Shown: positions 23,531-36,170 of the stretch, in pieces
How the letters are laid out: each line of letters starts with the position of its first letter
Numbering within the stretch: the stretch's first letter is position 1
Origin: Eledone cirrhosa
Taxonomy: Eukaryota
Direction: 5' to 3'
NCBI GenBank assembly: GCA_964016885.1
Contig: OZ024742.1
Coordinates: forward strand, 378,572,001-378,636,000
DNA: 64,000 nt
Notes under the pieces: generated by a model
What the model saw: the letters and a program-made list of their open reading frames with translations, nothing else
The model's database searches: none
What the model was told of the DNA's origin: nothing
Made by a program: the position numbers and the translations under genes

Positions 23531-26090
23531 GTATTAATGTTGTGGTCATTTGTAGTCTATTGTAGCACTGAGCAGTCTGTTGTATTAATGTTGTGGTCAT
23601 TTGTAGCTCTATTGTAGCACTGAGCAGTCTATTGTATTAATGTTGTGGTCATTTGTAGTCTATTGTAGCACTGAGCAGTCTATTGTATTAATGTTGCGGT
23701 CATTTGTAGCTCTATTGTAGCACTGAGCCGTGTATTGTATTAGTGTTGTGGTCATTTGTAGCTCTATTGTAGCACTGAGCAGTCTATTGTATTAATGTTG
23801 TGGTCAGTTGTATTCTATTGTAGCACTGAGCAGTCTATTGTATTAATGTTGTGGACATTTGTAGTCTATTGTAGCACTGAGCAGTCTATTGTATTAATGT
23901 TGTGGTCATTTGTAGCTCTATTGTAGCACTGAGCAGTCTATTGTATTAATGTTGTGGTCATTTGTATTCTATTGTAGCACTGAGCAGTCTATTGTATTAA
24001 TGTTGTGGACATTTGTAGTCTATTGTAGCACTGAGCAGTCTATTGTATTAATGTTGTGGTCATTTGTAGCTCTATTGTAGCACTGAGCAGTCTATTGTAT
24101 TAATGTTGTAGTCATTTGTATTCTATTGTAGCACTGAGCAGTCTATTGTATTAATGTTGTGGACATTTGTAGTCTATTGTAGCACTGAGCAGTCTATTGT
24201 ATTAATGTTGTGGTCATTTGTAGCTATATTGTAGCACTGAGCAGTCTATTATATTAATGTTGTGGTCACTTGTAGTCTATTGTAGCACTGAGCAGTCTAT
24301 TGTATTAGTGTTGTGGTCATTTGTAGCTCTATTGTAGCACTGAACAGTCTATTGTATTAATGTTGTGGTCAGTTGTAGGCTATTGTAGCACTGAGCAGTC
24401 TATTGTATTAATGTTGTGGTCATTTGTAGGTCTATTGTAGCACTGAGCAGTCTATTATATTAATGGTGTGGTCATTTGTAGCTCTATTGTAGCACAGAGC
24501 AGTCTATTGTATTAGTGTTGTGGTCATTTGTAGCTCTATAGTAGCACTGAGAAGTCTATTGTATTAATGTTGTGGTCAGTTGTAGTCTATTGTAGCACTG
24601 AGCAGTCTATTGTATTAATGTTGTGGTCATTTGTAGCTCTATTGTAGCACTGAGCAGTCTATTGTATTAATGTTGTGGTTATTTGTAGTCTATTGTAGCA
24701 CTGAGCAGTCTATTGTATTAGTGTTGTGGTCATTTGTAGCTCTATAGTAGCACTGAGCAGTCTATTGTATCAACGTTGTGGTCATTTGTAGCTCTATTGT
24801 AGCACTGAGCATTGTATTGTATTAATGTTGTGGTCATTTGTAGTCTATTGTAGCACTGAGCAGTCTATTGTATTAATGTTGTGGTCATTTGTAGTCTATT
24901 GTAGCACTGAGCAGTCTATCGTATTAATGTTGTGGTCATTTGTAGTCTATGGTAGCACTGAGCAGTCTATTGTATTAATGTTGTGGTCATTTGTAGCTCT
25001 ATTGTAGCACTGAGCAGTCTATTGTATTAATGTTGTGGTCAGTTGTATTCTATTGTAGCACTGAGCAGACTATTGTATTAATGTTGTGGTCATTTGTAGT
25101 CTATTGTAGCACTGAGCAGTCTATTGTATTAGTGTTGTGGTCATTTGTAGTCTATTGTAGCACTGAGCAGTCTATTTTATTAATGTTGTGGTCATTTGTA
25201 GCTCTATTGTAGCACTGAGCATTGTATTGTATTAATGTTGTGGTCATTTGTAGTCTATTGTAACACTGAGCAGTCTATTGTATTAATGTTGTGGTCATTT
25301 GTAGCTCTATTGTAGCACTGAGCAGTCTATTTTATTAATGTTGTGGTCATCTGTAGTCTATTGTAGCACTGAGCAGTCTATTGTATTAATGTTGTGGTCA
25401 TTTGTAGTCTATTGAAGCACTGAGCAGTCTATTGTATTAATGTCGTGGTCATTTGAAGTCTATTGTAGCACTGAGCAGTCTATTGTATTAATGTTGTGGT
25501 CATTTGTAGCTCTATTGTAGCACTGAGCAGTCTATTGTATTAATGTTGTGGTCATATGTAGCTCTATAGTAGCATAGAGCAGTCTATTCTCTTAAGGTTG
25601 TGGTCATTTGTAGCTCTATTGTAGCACTGAGCAGTCTATTGTATTAATGTTATTGTCATTTGTAGTCCATTGTAGCATTGAGGAGTCTATTGTATTAATG
25701 TTGTGATCATTTGTAGTCTATTGTAGCACTGAGCAGTCTATTGTATTAATGTTGTGGTCATTTGTAGCTCTATTGTAGCACTGAGCAGTCTATTGTATTA
25801 ATGTTGTGGTAATTTGTAGTCTATTGTAGCACTGAGCAGTGTATTGTATTAATATTGTGGTCATTTGTAGTCTTTTGTAGCACTGAGCAGTCTATTGTAT
25901 TAATGTTGTGGTCATTTGTAGTCTACTGTAGCACTGAGCAGTCTATTGTATTAATGTTGTGGTCATTTGTCGTCTATTGTAGCACTGAGCAGTCTATTGT
26001 ATTAATGTTGTGTTAATTTGTAGTCTATTGTAGCACTGAGCAGTGTATTGTATTAATATTGTGGTCATTTGTAGCTCTATTGTAGCACTG
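23520..26090. repeat. Copy 2 of the ~2.55-kb dispersed block (partner ~11240-13810)
   Basis: Same ordered string of rare variants at a constant offset of 12281, with a few private SNPs (e.g. GAGAAGTC at ~24549, GCATTGAGG at ~25675). Confidence 0.88.
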
Positions 26091-29000
26091 AGCAGTCTAT
26101 TGTATTAATGTTGTGGTCATTTGTAGTCTATTGTAGCACTGAGCAGTCTATTGTATTAATATTGTGGTCATTTGTAGCTCTATTGTAGCAATGAGCAGTC
26201 TATTGTATTAATGTTGTGGTCATTTGTAGTCTATTGTAGCACTGACCAGTCTATTGTATTAATGTTGTGGTCATTTGTAGCTCTATTGTAGCACTGAGCA
26301 GTGTATTGTATTAGTGTTGTGGTCATTTGTAGCTCTATTGTAGCACTGAGCAGTCTATTATATTAATGTTGTGGTCAGTTGTATTCTATTGTAGCACTGA
26401 GCAGAATATCGTATTAATGTTGTGGTCATTTGTAGTATATTGTAGTTCTGAGCAGTCTATTGTATTGATGTTGTGGTCATTTGTAGTCTATTGTAGCACT
26501 GAGCAGTCTATTGTATTAATGTTGTGGTACATTTGTAGTCTATTGTAGCACTGAGCAGTGTATTGTATTAATGTTGTGGTCATTTGTAGTCTATTGTAGC
26601 ACTGAGCAGTGTATTGTATTAATTTTGTGGTCATTTGTAGTCTATTGTAGCACTGAGCAGTCTATTGTATTAGTGTTGTGGTAATTTGTAGTCTATTGTA
26701 GCACTGAGCAGTGTATTGTATTAATATTGTGATCATTTGTAGCTCTATTGTAGCACTGAGCAGTCTATTGTATTAATGTTGTGGTCATTTGTAGTCTATT
26801 GTAGCACTGAGCAGTCTATTGTATTAATGTTGTGGTCATTTGTAGCTCTATTGTAGCACTGAGCAGTCTATTGTATTAATTTTGTGGTCATTTGTAGTCT
26901 ATTGTAGCACTGAGCAGTCTATTGTATTAATGTTGTGGTCATTTGTAGCTCTATTGTAGCACTGAGCAGTGTATTGTATTAGTGTTGTGGTCATTTGTAG
27001 TTCTATTGTAGCACTGAGCAGTCTATTGTATTAATGTTGTGGTCATTTGTAGTATATTGTAGTTCTGAGCAGTCTATTGTATTGATGTTGTGGTCATTTG
27101 TAGTCTACTGTAGCACTGAGCAGTCTATTGTATTAATGTTGTGGTACATTTGTAGTCTATTGTAGCACTGAGCAGTCTATTGTATTAATGTTGTGGTCAT
27201 TTGTAGTCTATTGTAGCACTGAGCAGTCTATTGTATTAATGTTGTGGTCATTTGTAGCTCTATTGTAGCACTGAGCAGTCTATTATATTAATGTTGTGTT
27301 CATTTGTAGTCTATTTTAGCACTGAGCAGTCTATTGTATTAGTGTTGTGGTCATTTGTAGCTCTATTGTAGCACTGAGCAGTCTTTTGTATTAATGTTGT
27401 GGTCAGTTGTAGTCGATTGTAGCACTGAGCAGTCTATTGTATTAATGTTGTGGTCATTTGTAGCTCTATTGTAACACTGAGTAGTCTATTGTATTAATGT
27501 TGTGGTCATTTGTAGCTCTATTGTAGCACTGAGCATTGTATTGTATTAATGTTGTGGTCATTTGTAGTCTATTGTAGCACTGAGCAGTCTATTTTATTAA
27601 TGTTGTGGTCATCTGTAGTCTATTGTAGCACTGAGCAGTCTATTGTATTAATGTTGTGGTCATTTGTAGTCTATTGTAGCACTGAGCAGTCTATTGTATT
27701 AATGTCGTGGTCATTTGAAGTCTATTGTAGCACTGAGCAGTCTATTGTATTAATGTTGTGGTCATTTGTAGCTCTATTGTAGCACTGAGCAGTCTATTGT
27801 ATTAATGTTGTGGTCATATGTAGCTCTATAGTAGCATAGAGCAGTCTATTCTCTTAAGGTTGTGGTCATTTGTAGCTCTATTGTAGCACTGAGCAGTCTA
27901 TTGTATTAATGTTATTGTCATTTGTAGTCCATTGTAGCACTGAGGAGTCTATTGTATTAATGTTGTGATCATTTGTAGTCTATTGTAGCACTGAGCAGTC
28001 TATTGTATTAATGTTGTGGTCATTTGTAGCTCTATTGTAGCACTGAGCAGTCTATTGTATTAATGTTGTGGTAATTTGTAGTCTATTGTAGCACTGAGCA
28101 GTGTATTGTATTAATATTGTGGTCATGTGTAGTCTTTTGTAGCACTGAGCAGTCTATTGTATTAATGTTGTGGTCATTTGTAGTCTACTGTAGCACTGAG
28201 CAGTCTATTGTATTAATGTTGTGGTCATTTGTCGTCTATTGTAGCACTGAGCAGTCTATTGTATTAATGTTGTGTTAATTTGTAGTCTATTGTAGCACTG
28301 AGCAGTGTATTGTATTAATATTGTGGTCATTTGTAGCTCGATTGTAGCACTGAGCAGTCTATTGTATTAATGTTGTGGTCATTTGTAGTCTATTGTAGCA
28401 CTGAGCAGTCTATTGTGTTAATGTTGTGGTCATTTGTAGCTCTATTGTAGCAATGAGCAGTCTATTGTATTAATGTTGTAGTCATTTGTAGTCTATTGTA
28501 GCACTGAGCAGTCTATTGTATTAATGTTGTGGTCATTTGTAGCTCTATTGTAGCACTGAGCAGTGTATTGTATTAGTGTTGTGGTCATTTGTAGCTCTAT
28601 TGTAGCACTGAGCAGTCTATTATATTAATGTTGTGGTCAGTTGTATTCTATTGTAGCACTGAGCAGACTATCGTATTAATGTTGTGGTCATTTGTAGTAT
28701 ATTGTAGTTCTGAGCAGTCTATTTTATTGATGTTGTGGTCATTTGTAGCTCTATTGTAGCACTGAGCAGTGTATTGTATTAGTGTTGTGGTCATTTGTAG
28801 TCTACTGTAGCACTGAGCAGTCTATTGTATTAATGCTGTGGTCATTTGTCGTCTATTGTAGCACTGAGCAGTCTATTGTATTAATGTTGTGTTAATTTGT
28901 AGTCTATTGTAGCACTGAGCAGTGTATTGTATTAATATTGTGGACATTTGTAGCTCTATTGTAGCACTGAGCAGTGTATTGTATTAGTGTTGTGGTCATT

Positions 29001-30719
29001 TGTAGTTCTATTGTAGCACTGAGCAGTCTATTGTATTAATGTTGTGGTCATTTGTAGTATATTGTAGTTCTGAGCAGTCTATTGTATTGATGTTGTGGTC
29101 ATTTGTAGTCTACTGTAGCACTGAGCAGTCTATTGTATTAATGTTGTGGTACATTTGTAGTCTATTGTAGCACTGAGCAGTCTATTGTATTAATGTTGTG
29201 GTCATTTGTAGTCTATTGTAGCACTGAGCAGTCTATTGTATTAATGTTGTGGTCATTTGTAGTCTATTGTAGCACTGAGCAGTCTATTGTATTAATGTTG
29301 TGGTCATTTGTAGTCTATTGTAGCACTGAGCAGTCTATTGTATTAATGTTGTGGTCATTTGTAGTCTATTGTAGCACTGAGCAGTCTATTGTATTAATGT
29401 TGTGGTCATTTGTAGTCTATTGTAGCACTGAGCAGTCTATTGTATTAATGTTGTGGTCATTTGTAGCTCTATTGTAGCACTGAGCAGTCTATTGTATTAA
29501 TGTTGTGGTCATTTGTAGTCTATTGTAGCACTGAGCAGTCTATTGTATTAATGTTGTGGTCATTTGTAGCTCTATTGTAGCACTGAGCAGTCTATTGTAT
29601 TAATGTTGTGGTCATTTGTAGTCTATTGTAGCACTGAGCAGTCTATTGTATTAATGTTGTGGTCATTTGTAGTCTATTGTAGCACTGAGCAGTCTATTGT
29701 ATTAATGTTGTGGTCATTTGTAGTCTACTGTAGCACTGAGCAGTCTATTGTATTAATGTTGTGGTACATTTGTAGTCTATTGTAGCACTGAGCAGTCTAT
29801 TATATTAATGTTGTGTTCATTTGTAGTCTATTTTAGCACTGAGCAGTCTATTGTATTAGTGTTGTGGTCATTTGTAGCTCTATTGTAGCACTGAGCAGTC
29901 TTTTGTATTAATGTTGTGGTCAGTTGTAGTCGATTGTAGCACTGAGCAGTCTATTGTATTAATGTTGTGGTCATTTGTAGCTCTATTGTAACACTGAGTA
30001 GTCTATTGTATTAATGTTGTGGTCATTTGTAGCTCTATTGTAGCACTGAGCATTGTATTGTATTAATGTTGTGGTCATTTGTAGTCTATTGTAGCACTGA
30101 GCAGTCTATTTTATTAATGTTGTGGTCATCTGTAGTCTATTGTAGCACTGAGCAGTCTATTGTATTAATGTTGTGGTTATTTGTAGTCTATTGTAGCACT
30201 GAGCAGTCTATTTTATTAATGTTGTGGTCATCTGTAGTCTATTGTAGCACTGAGCAGTCTATTGTATTAATGTTATGGTCATTTGTAGTCTATTGTAGCA
30301 CTGAGCAGTCTATTGTATTAATGTTGTGGTCATTTGTAGTCTATAGTAGCACTGAGGAGTCTATTGTATTAATATTGTGGTCATGTGTAGTCTTTTGTAG
30401 CACTGAGCAGTCTATTGTATTAATGTTGTGGTCATTTGTAGTCCATTGTAGCACTGAGGAGTCTATTGTATTAATGTTGTGATCATTTGTAGCTCTATTG
30501 TAGCACTGAGCAGTCTATTGTATTAATGTTGTGGTAATTTGTAGTCTATTGTAGCACTGAGCAGTGTATTGTATTAATATTGTGGTCATGTGTAGTCTTT
30601 TGTAGCACTGAGCAGTCTATTGTATTAATGTTGTGGTCATTTGTAGTCTACTGTAGCACTGAGCAGTCTATTGTATTAATGTTGTGGTCATTTGTCGTCT
30701 ATTGTAGCACTGAGCAGTC

Positions 30720-33700
30720 TATTGTATTAATGTTGTGTTAATTTGTAGTCTATTGTAGCACTGAGCAGTGTATTGTATTAATATTGTGGTCATTTGTAGC
30801 TCTATTGTAGCACTGAGCAGTCTATTGTATTAATGTTGTGGTCATTTGTAGTCTATTGTAGCACTGAGCAGTCTATTGTATTAATGTTGTGGTCATTTGT
30901 AGCTCTATTGTAGCAATGAGCAGTCTATTGTATTAATGTTGTGGTCATTTGTAGTCTATTGTAGCACTGAGCAGTCTATTGTATTAATGTTGTGGTCATT
31001 TGTAGCTCTATTGTAGCATTGAGCAGTGTATTGTATTAGTGTTGTGGTCATTTGTAGCTCTATTGTAGCACTGAGCAGTCTATTATATTAATGTTGTGGT
31101 CAGTTGTATTCTATTGTAGCACTGAGCAGACTATCGTATTAATGTTGTGGTCATTTGTAGTATATTGTAGTTCCGAGCAGTCTATTTTATTGATGTTGTG
31201 GTCATTTGTAGTCTATTGTAGCACTGAGCAGTCTATTGTATTAATGTTGTGGTACATTTGTAGTCTATTGTAGCACTGAGCAGTGTATTGTACTAATATT
31301 GTGGTCATTTGTAGCTCTATTGTAGCACTGAGCAGTCTATTGTATTAATGTTGTGGTCATTTGTAGTCTATTGTAGCACTGAGCAGTCTATTGTATTAGT
31401 GTTGTGGTAATTTGTAGTCTATTGTAGCACTGAGCAGTGTATTGTATTAATATTGTGGTCATTTGTAGCTCTATTGTAGCACTGAGCAGTCTATTGTATT
31501 AATGTTGTGGTCATTTGTAGTCTATTGTAGCACTGAGCAGTCTATTGTATTAATGTCGTGGTCATATGAAGTCTATTGTAGCACTGAGCAGTCTATTGTA
31601 TTAATGTTGTGGTCATTTGTAGCTCTATTGTAGCACTGAGCAGTCTATTGTATTAATGTTGTGGTCATATGTAGCTCTATAGTAGCATAGAGCAGTCTAT
31701 TCTCTTAAGGTTGTGGTCATTTGTAGCTCTATTGTAGCACTGAGCAGTCTATTGTATTAATGTTATTGTCATTTGTAATCCATTGTAGCACTGAGGAGTC
31801 TATTGTATTAATGTTGTGATCATTTGTAGTCTATTGTAGCACTGAGCAGTCTATTGTATTAATGTTGTGGTCATTTGTAGCTCTATTGTAGCACTGAGCA
31901 GTCTATTGTATTAATGTTGTGGTAATTTGTAGTCTATTGTAGCACTGAGCAGTGTATTGTATTAATATTGTGGTCATTTGTAGTCTTTTGTAGCACTGAG
32001 CAGTCTATTGTATTAATGTTGTGGTCATTTGTAGTCTACTGTAGCACTGAGCAGTCTATTGTATTAATGCTGTGGTCATTTGTCGTCTATTGTAGCACTG
32101 AGCAGTCTATTGTATTAATGTTGTGTTAATTTGTAGTCTATTGTAGCACTGAGCAGTGTATTGTATTAATATTGTGGTCATTTGTAGCTCTATTGTAGCA
32201 CTGAGCAGTCTATTGTATTAATGTTGTGGTCATTTGTAGTCTATTGTAGCACTGAGCAGTCTATTGTATTAATGTTGTGGTCATTTGTAGCTCTATTGTA
32301 GCAATGAGCAGTCTATTGTATTAATGTTGTGGTCATTTGTAGTCTATTGTAGCACTGAGCAGTCTATTGTATAAATGTTGTGGTCATTTGTAGCTCTATT
32401 GTGGCACTGAGCAGTGTATTGTATTAGTGTTGTGGTCATTTGTAGCTCTATTGTAGCACTGAGCAGTCTATTATATTAATGTTGTGGTCAGTTGTATTCT
32501 ATTGTAGCACTGAGCAGACTATCGTATTAATGTTGTGGTCATTTGTAGTATATTGTAGTTCTGAGCAGTCTATTGTATTGATATTGTGGTCATTTGTAGT
32601 CTATTGTAGCACTGAGCAGTCTATTGTATTAATGTTGTGGTACATTTGTAGTCTATTGTAGCACTGAGCAGTGTATTGTACTAATATTGTGTTCATTTGT
32701 AGCTCTATTGTAGCACTGAGCAGTCTATTGTATTAATGTTGTGGTCATTTGTAGTCTATTGTAGCACTGAGCAGTCTATTGTATTAATGTTGTGGTCATT
32801 TGTAGCTCTATTGTAGCACTGAGCAGTCTATTGTATTAATTTTGTGGTCATTTGTAGTCTATTGTAGCACTGAGCAGTCTATTGTATTAATGTTGTGGTC
32901 ATTTGTAGCTCTATTGTAGCACTGAGCAGTGTATTGTATTAGTGTTGTGGTCATTTGTAGTTCTATTGTAGCACTGAGCAGTCTATTGTATTAATGTTGT
33001 GGTCATTTGTAGTATATTGTAGTTCTGAGCAGTCTATTGTATTAATGTTGTGGTCATTTGTAGCTCTATTGTAGCACTGAGCAGTCTATTATATTAATGT
33101 TGTGTTCATTTGATGTCTATTTTAGCACTGAGCAGTCTATTGTATTAGTGTTGTGGTCATTTGTAGCTCTATTGTAGCACTGAGCAGTCTTTTGTATTAA
33201 TGTTGTGGTCAGTTGTAGTCGATTGTAGCACTGAGCAGTCTATTGTATTAATGTTGTGGTCATTTGTAGCTCTATTGTAACACTGAGTAGTCTATTGTAT
33301 TAATGTTGTGGTCATTTGTAGCTCTATTGTAGCACTGAGCATTGTATTGTATTAATGTTGTGGTCATTTGTAGTCTATTGTAGCACTGAGCAGTCTATTT
33401 TATTAATGTTGTGGTCATCTGTAGTCTATTGTAGCACTGAGCAGTCTATTGTATTAATGTTGTGGTCATTTGTAGTCTATTGTAGCACTGAGCAGTCTAT
33501 TGTATTAATGTCGTGGTCATTTGAAGTCTATTGTAGCACTGAGCAGTCTATTGTATTAATGGTGTGGTCATTTGTAGCTCTATTGTAGCACTGAGCAGTC
33601 TATTGTATTAATGTTGTGGTCATATGTAGCTCTATAGTAGCATAGAGCAGTCTATTCTCTGAAGGTTGTGGTCATTTGTAGCTCTATTGTAGCACTGAGC

Positions 33701-36170
33701 AGTCTATTGTATTAATGTTATTGTCATTTGTAGTCCATTGTAGCACTGAGGAGTCTATTGTATTAATGTTGTGATCATTTGTAGTCTATTGTAGCACTGA
33801 GCAGTCTATTGTATTAATGTTGTGGTCATTTGTAGCTCTATTGTAGCACTGAGCAGTCTATTGTATTAATGTTGTGGTAATTTGTAGTCTATTGTAGCAC
33901 TGAGCAGTGTATTGTATTAATATTGTGGTCATGTGTAGTCTTTTGTAGCACTGAGCAGTCTATTGTATTAATGTTGTGGTCATTTGTAGTCTACTGTAGC
34001 ACTGAGCAGTCTATTGTATTAATGTTGTGTTAATTTGTAGTCTATTGTAGCACTGAGCAGTGTATTGTATTAATATTGTGGTCATTTGTAGCTCTATTGT
34101 AGCACTGAGCAGTCTATTGTATTAATGTTGTGGTCATTTGTAGCTCTATTGTAGCAATGAGCAGTCTATTGTATTAATGTTGTGGTCATTTGTAGTCTAT
34201 TGTAGCACTGAGCAGTCTATTGTATTAATGTTGTGGTCATTTGTAGCTCTATTGTAGCACTGAGCAGTGTATTGTATTAGTGTTGTGGTCATTTGTAGCT
34301 CTATTGTAGCACTGAGCAGTCTATTATATTAATGTTGTGGTCAGTTGTATTATATTGTAGCACTGAGCAGACTATCGTATTAAAGTTGTGGTCATTTGTA
34401 GTATATTGTAGCACTGAGCAGTCTATTGTATTAATGTTGTGGTCATTTGTAGTCTATTGTAGCACTGAGCAGTCTATTGTATTAGTGTTGTGGTAATTTG
34501 TAGTCTATTGTAGCACTGAGCAGTGTATTGTATTAATATTGTGGTCATTTGTAGCTCTATTGTAGCACTGAGCAGTCTATTGTATTAATGTTGTGGTCAT
34601 TTGTAGTCTATTGTAGCACTGAGCAGTCTATTGTATTAATGTTGTGGTCATTTGTAGCTCTATTGTAGCACTGAGCAGTGTATTGTATTAGTGTTGTGGT
34701 CATTTGTAGTTCTATTGTAGCACTGAGCAGTCTATTGTATTAATGTTGTGGTCATTTGTAGTATATTGTAGTTCTGAGCAGTCTATTGTATTGATGTTGT
34801 GGTCATTTGTAGTCTACTGTAGCACTGAGCAGTCTATTGTATTAATGTTGTGGTACATTTGTAGTCTATTGTAGCACTGAGCAGTCTATTGTATTAATGT
34901 TGTGGTCATTTGTAGTCTATTGTAGCACTGAGCAGTCTATTGTATTAATGTTGTGGTCATTTGTAGCTCTATTGTAGCACTGAGCAGTCTATTATATTAA
35001 TGTTGTGTTCATTTGTAGTCTATTTTAGCACTGAGCAGTCTATTGTATTAGTGTTGTGGTCATTTGTAGCTCTATTGTAGCACTGAGCAGTCTTTTGTAT
35101 TAATGTTGTGGTCAGTTGTAGTCGATTGTAGCACTGAGCATTGTATTGTATTAATGTTGTGGTCATTTGTAGTCTATTGTAGCACTGAGCAGTCTATTGT
35201 ATTAATGTCGTGGTCATTTCAAGTCTATTGTAGTACTGAGCAGTCTATTGTATTAATGTTGTGGTCATTTGTAGCTCTATTGTTGCACTGAGCAGTCTAT
35301 TGTATTAATGTTGTGGTCATTTGTAGTCTATTGTAGCACTGAGCAGTCTATTGTATTAATGTTGTGGTCATTTGTAGTCTATTGTAGCACTGAGCAGTCT
35401 ATTGTATTAATGTTGTGGTCATTTGTAGTCTATTGTAGCACTGAGCAGTCTATTGTATTAATGTTGTGGTCATTTGTAGCTCTATTGTAGCACTGAGCAG
35501 TCTATTGTATTAATGTTGTGGTCATTTGTAGTCTATTGTAGCACTGAGCAGTCTATTGTATTAATGTTGTGGTCATTTGTTATCTATTGTAGCACTGAGC
35601 AGTCTATTGTATTAATGTTGTGGTCATTTGTAGTCTAATGTAGCACTGAGCAGTCTATTGTATTAATGCTGTGGACATTTGTAGTCTATTGTAGCACTGA
35701 GCGTTTTATTGTATTAATGTTGTGGTCTTTTGTAGTCTATTGTAACACTGAGCAGTCTAATGTATTAATGTTGTGGTCATTTGTAGTCTATTGTAGCACT
35801 AAGCAGTCTATTGTTTTAATGTTGTGGTCATTTGTAGATCTATTGTAGCATTGAGCAGTCTATTGTATTAATGTTGTGGTCATATGTAGCTCTATTGTAG
35901 CATCGAGCAGTCTATTGTATTAATGTTGTGGTTAGTTGTATTCTATTGTAGCACTGAGCAGTCTATTGTATTAATGTTGTGGTCATTTGTAGTCTATTGA
36001 AGCACTGATCAGTCTATTGTATTAATGTTGTGGTAATTTGTAGCTCTATTGTAGCACTGAGCAGTCTATTGTATTAATGTTGTGGTCAGTTGTATTCTAT
36101 TGTAGCACTGAGCAGACTATTGTATTAATGTTGTGGTCAATTGTAGTCTATTGTAGCACTGAGCAGTCTA
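30720..36170. repeat. Copy 1 of a ~5.5-kb block duplication (partner ~39360-44960; offsets 8639, 8743, 8794)
   Basis: ORF pairs 31091/39730 and 32479/41118 (8639), 33355/42098 (8743), 35103/43897, 35308/44102 and 35666/44460 (8794). Private variants GTGGCACTG (32401/41040), TTTGATGTC (~33109/41852), CTCTGAAGG (33657/42400) and GGTTAGTTG (~35930/44724). Confidence 0.9.
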
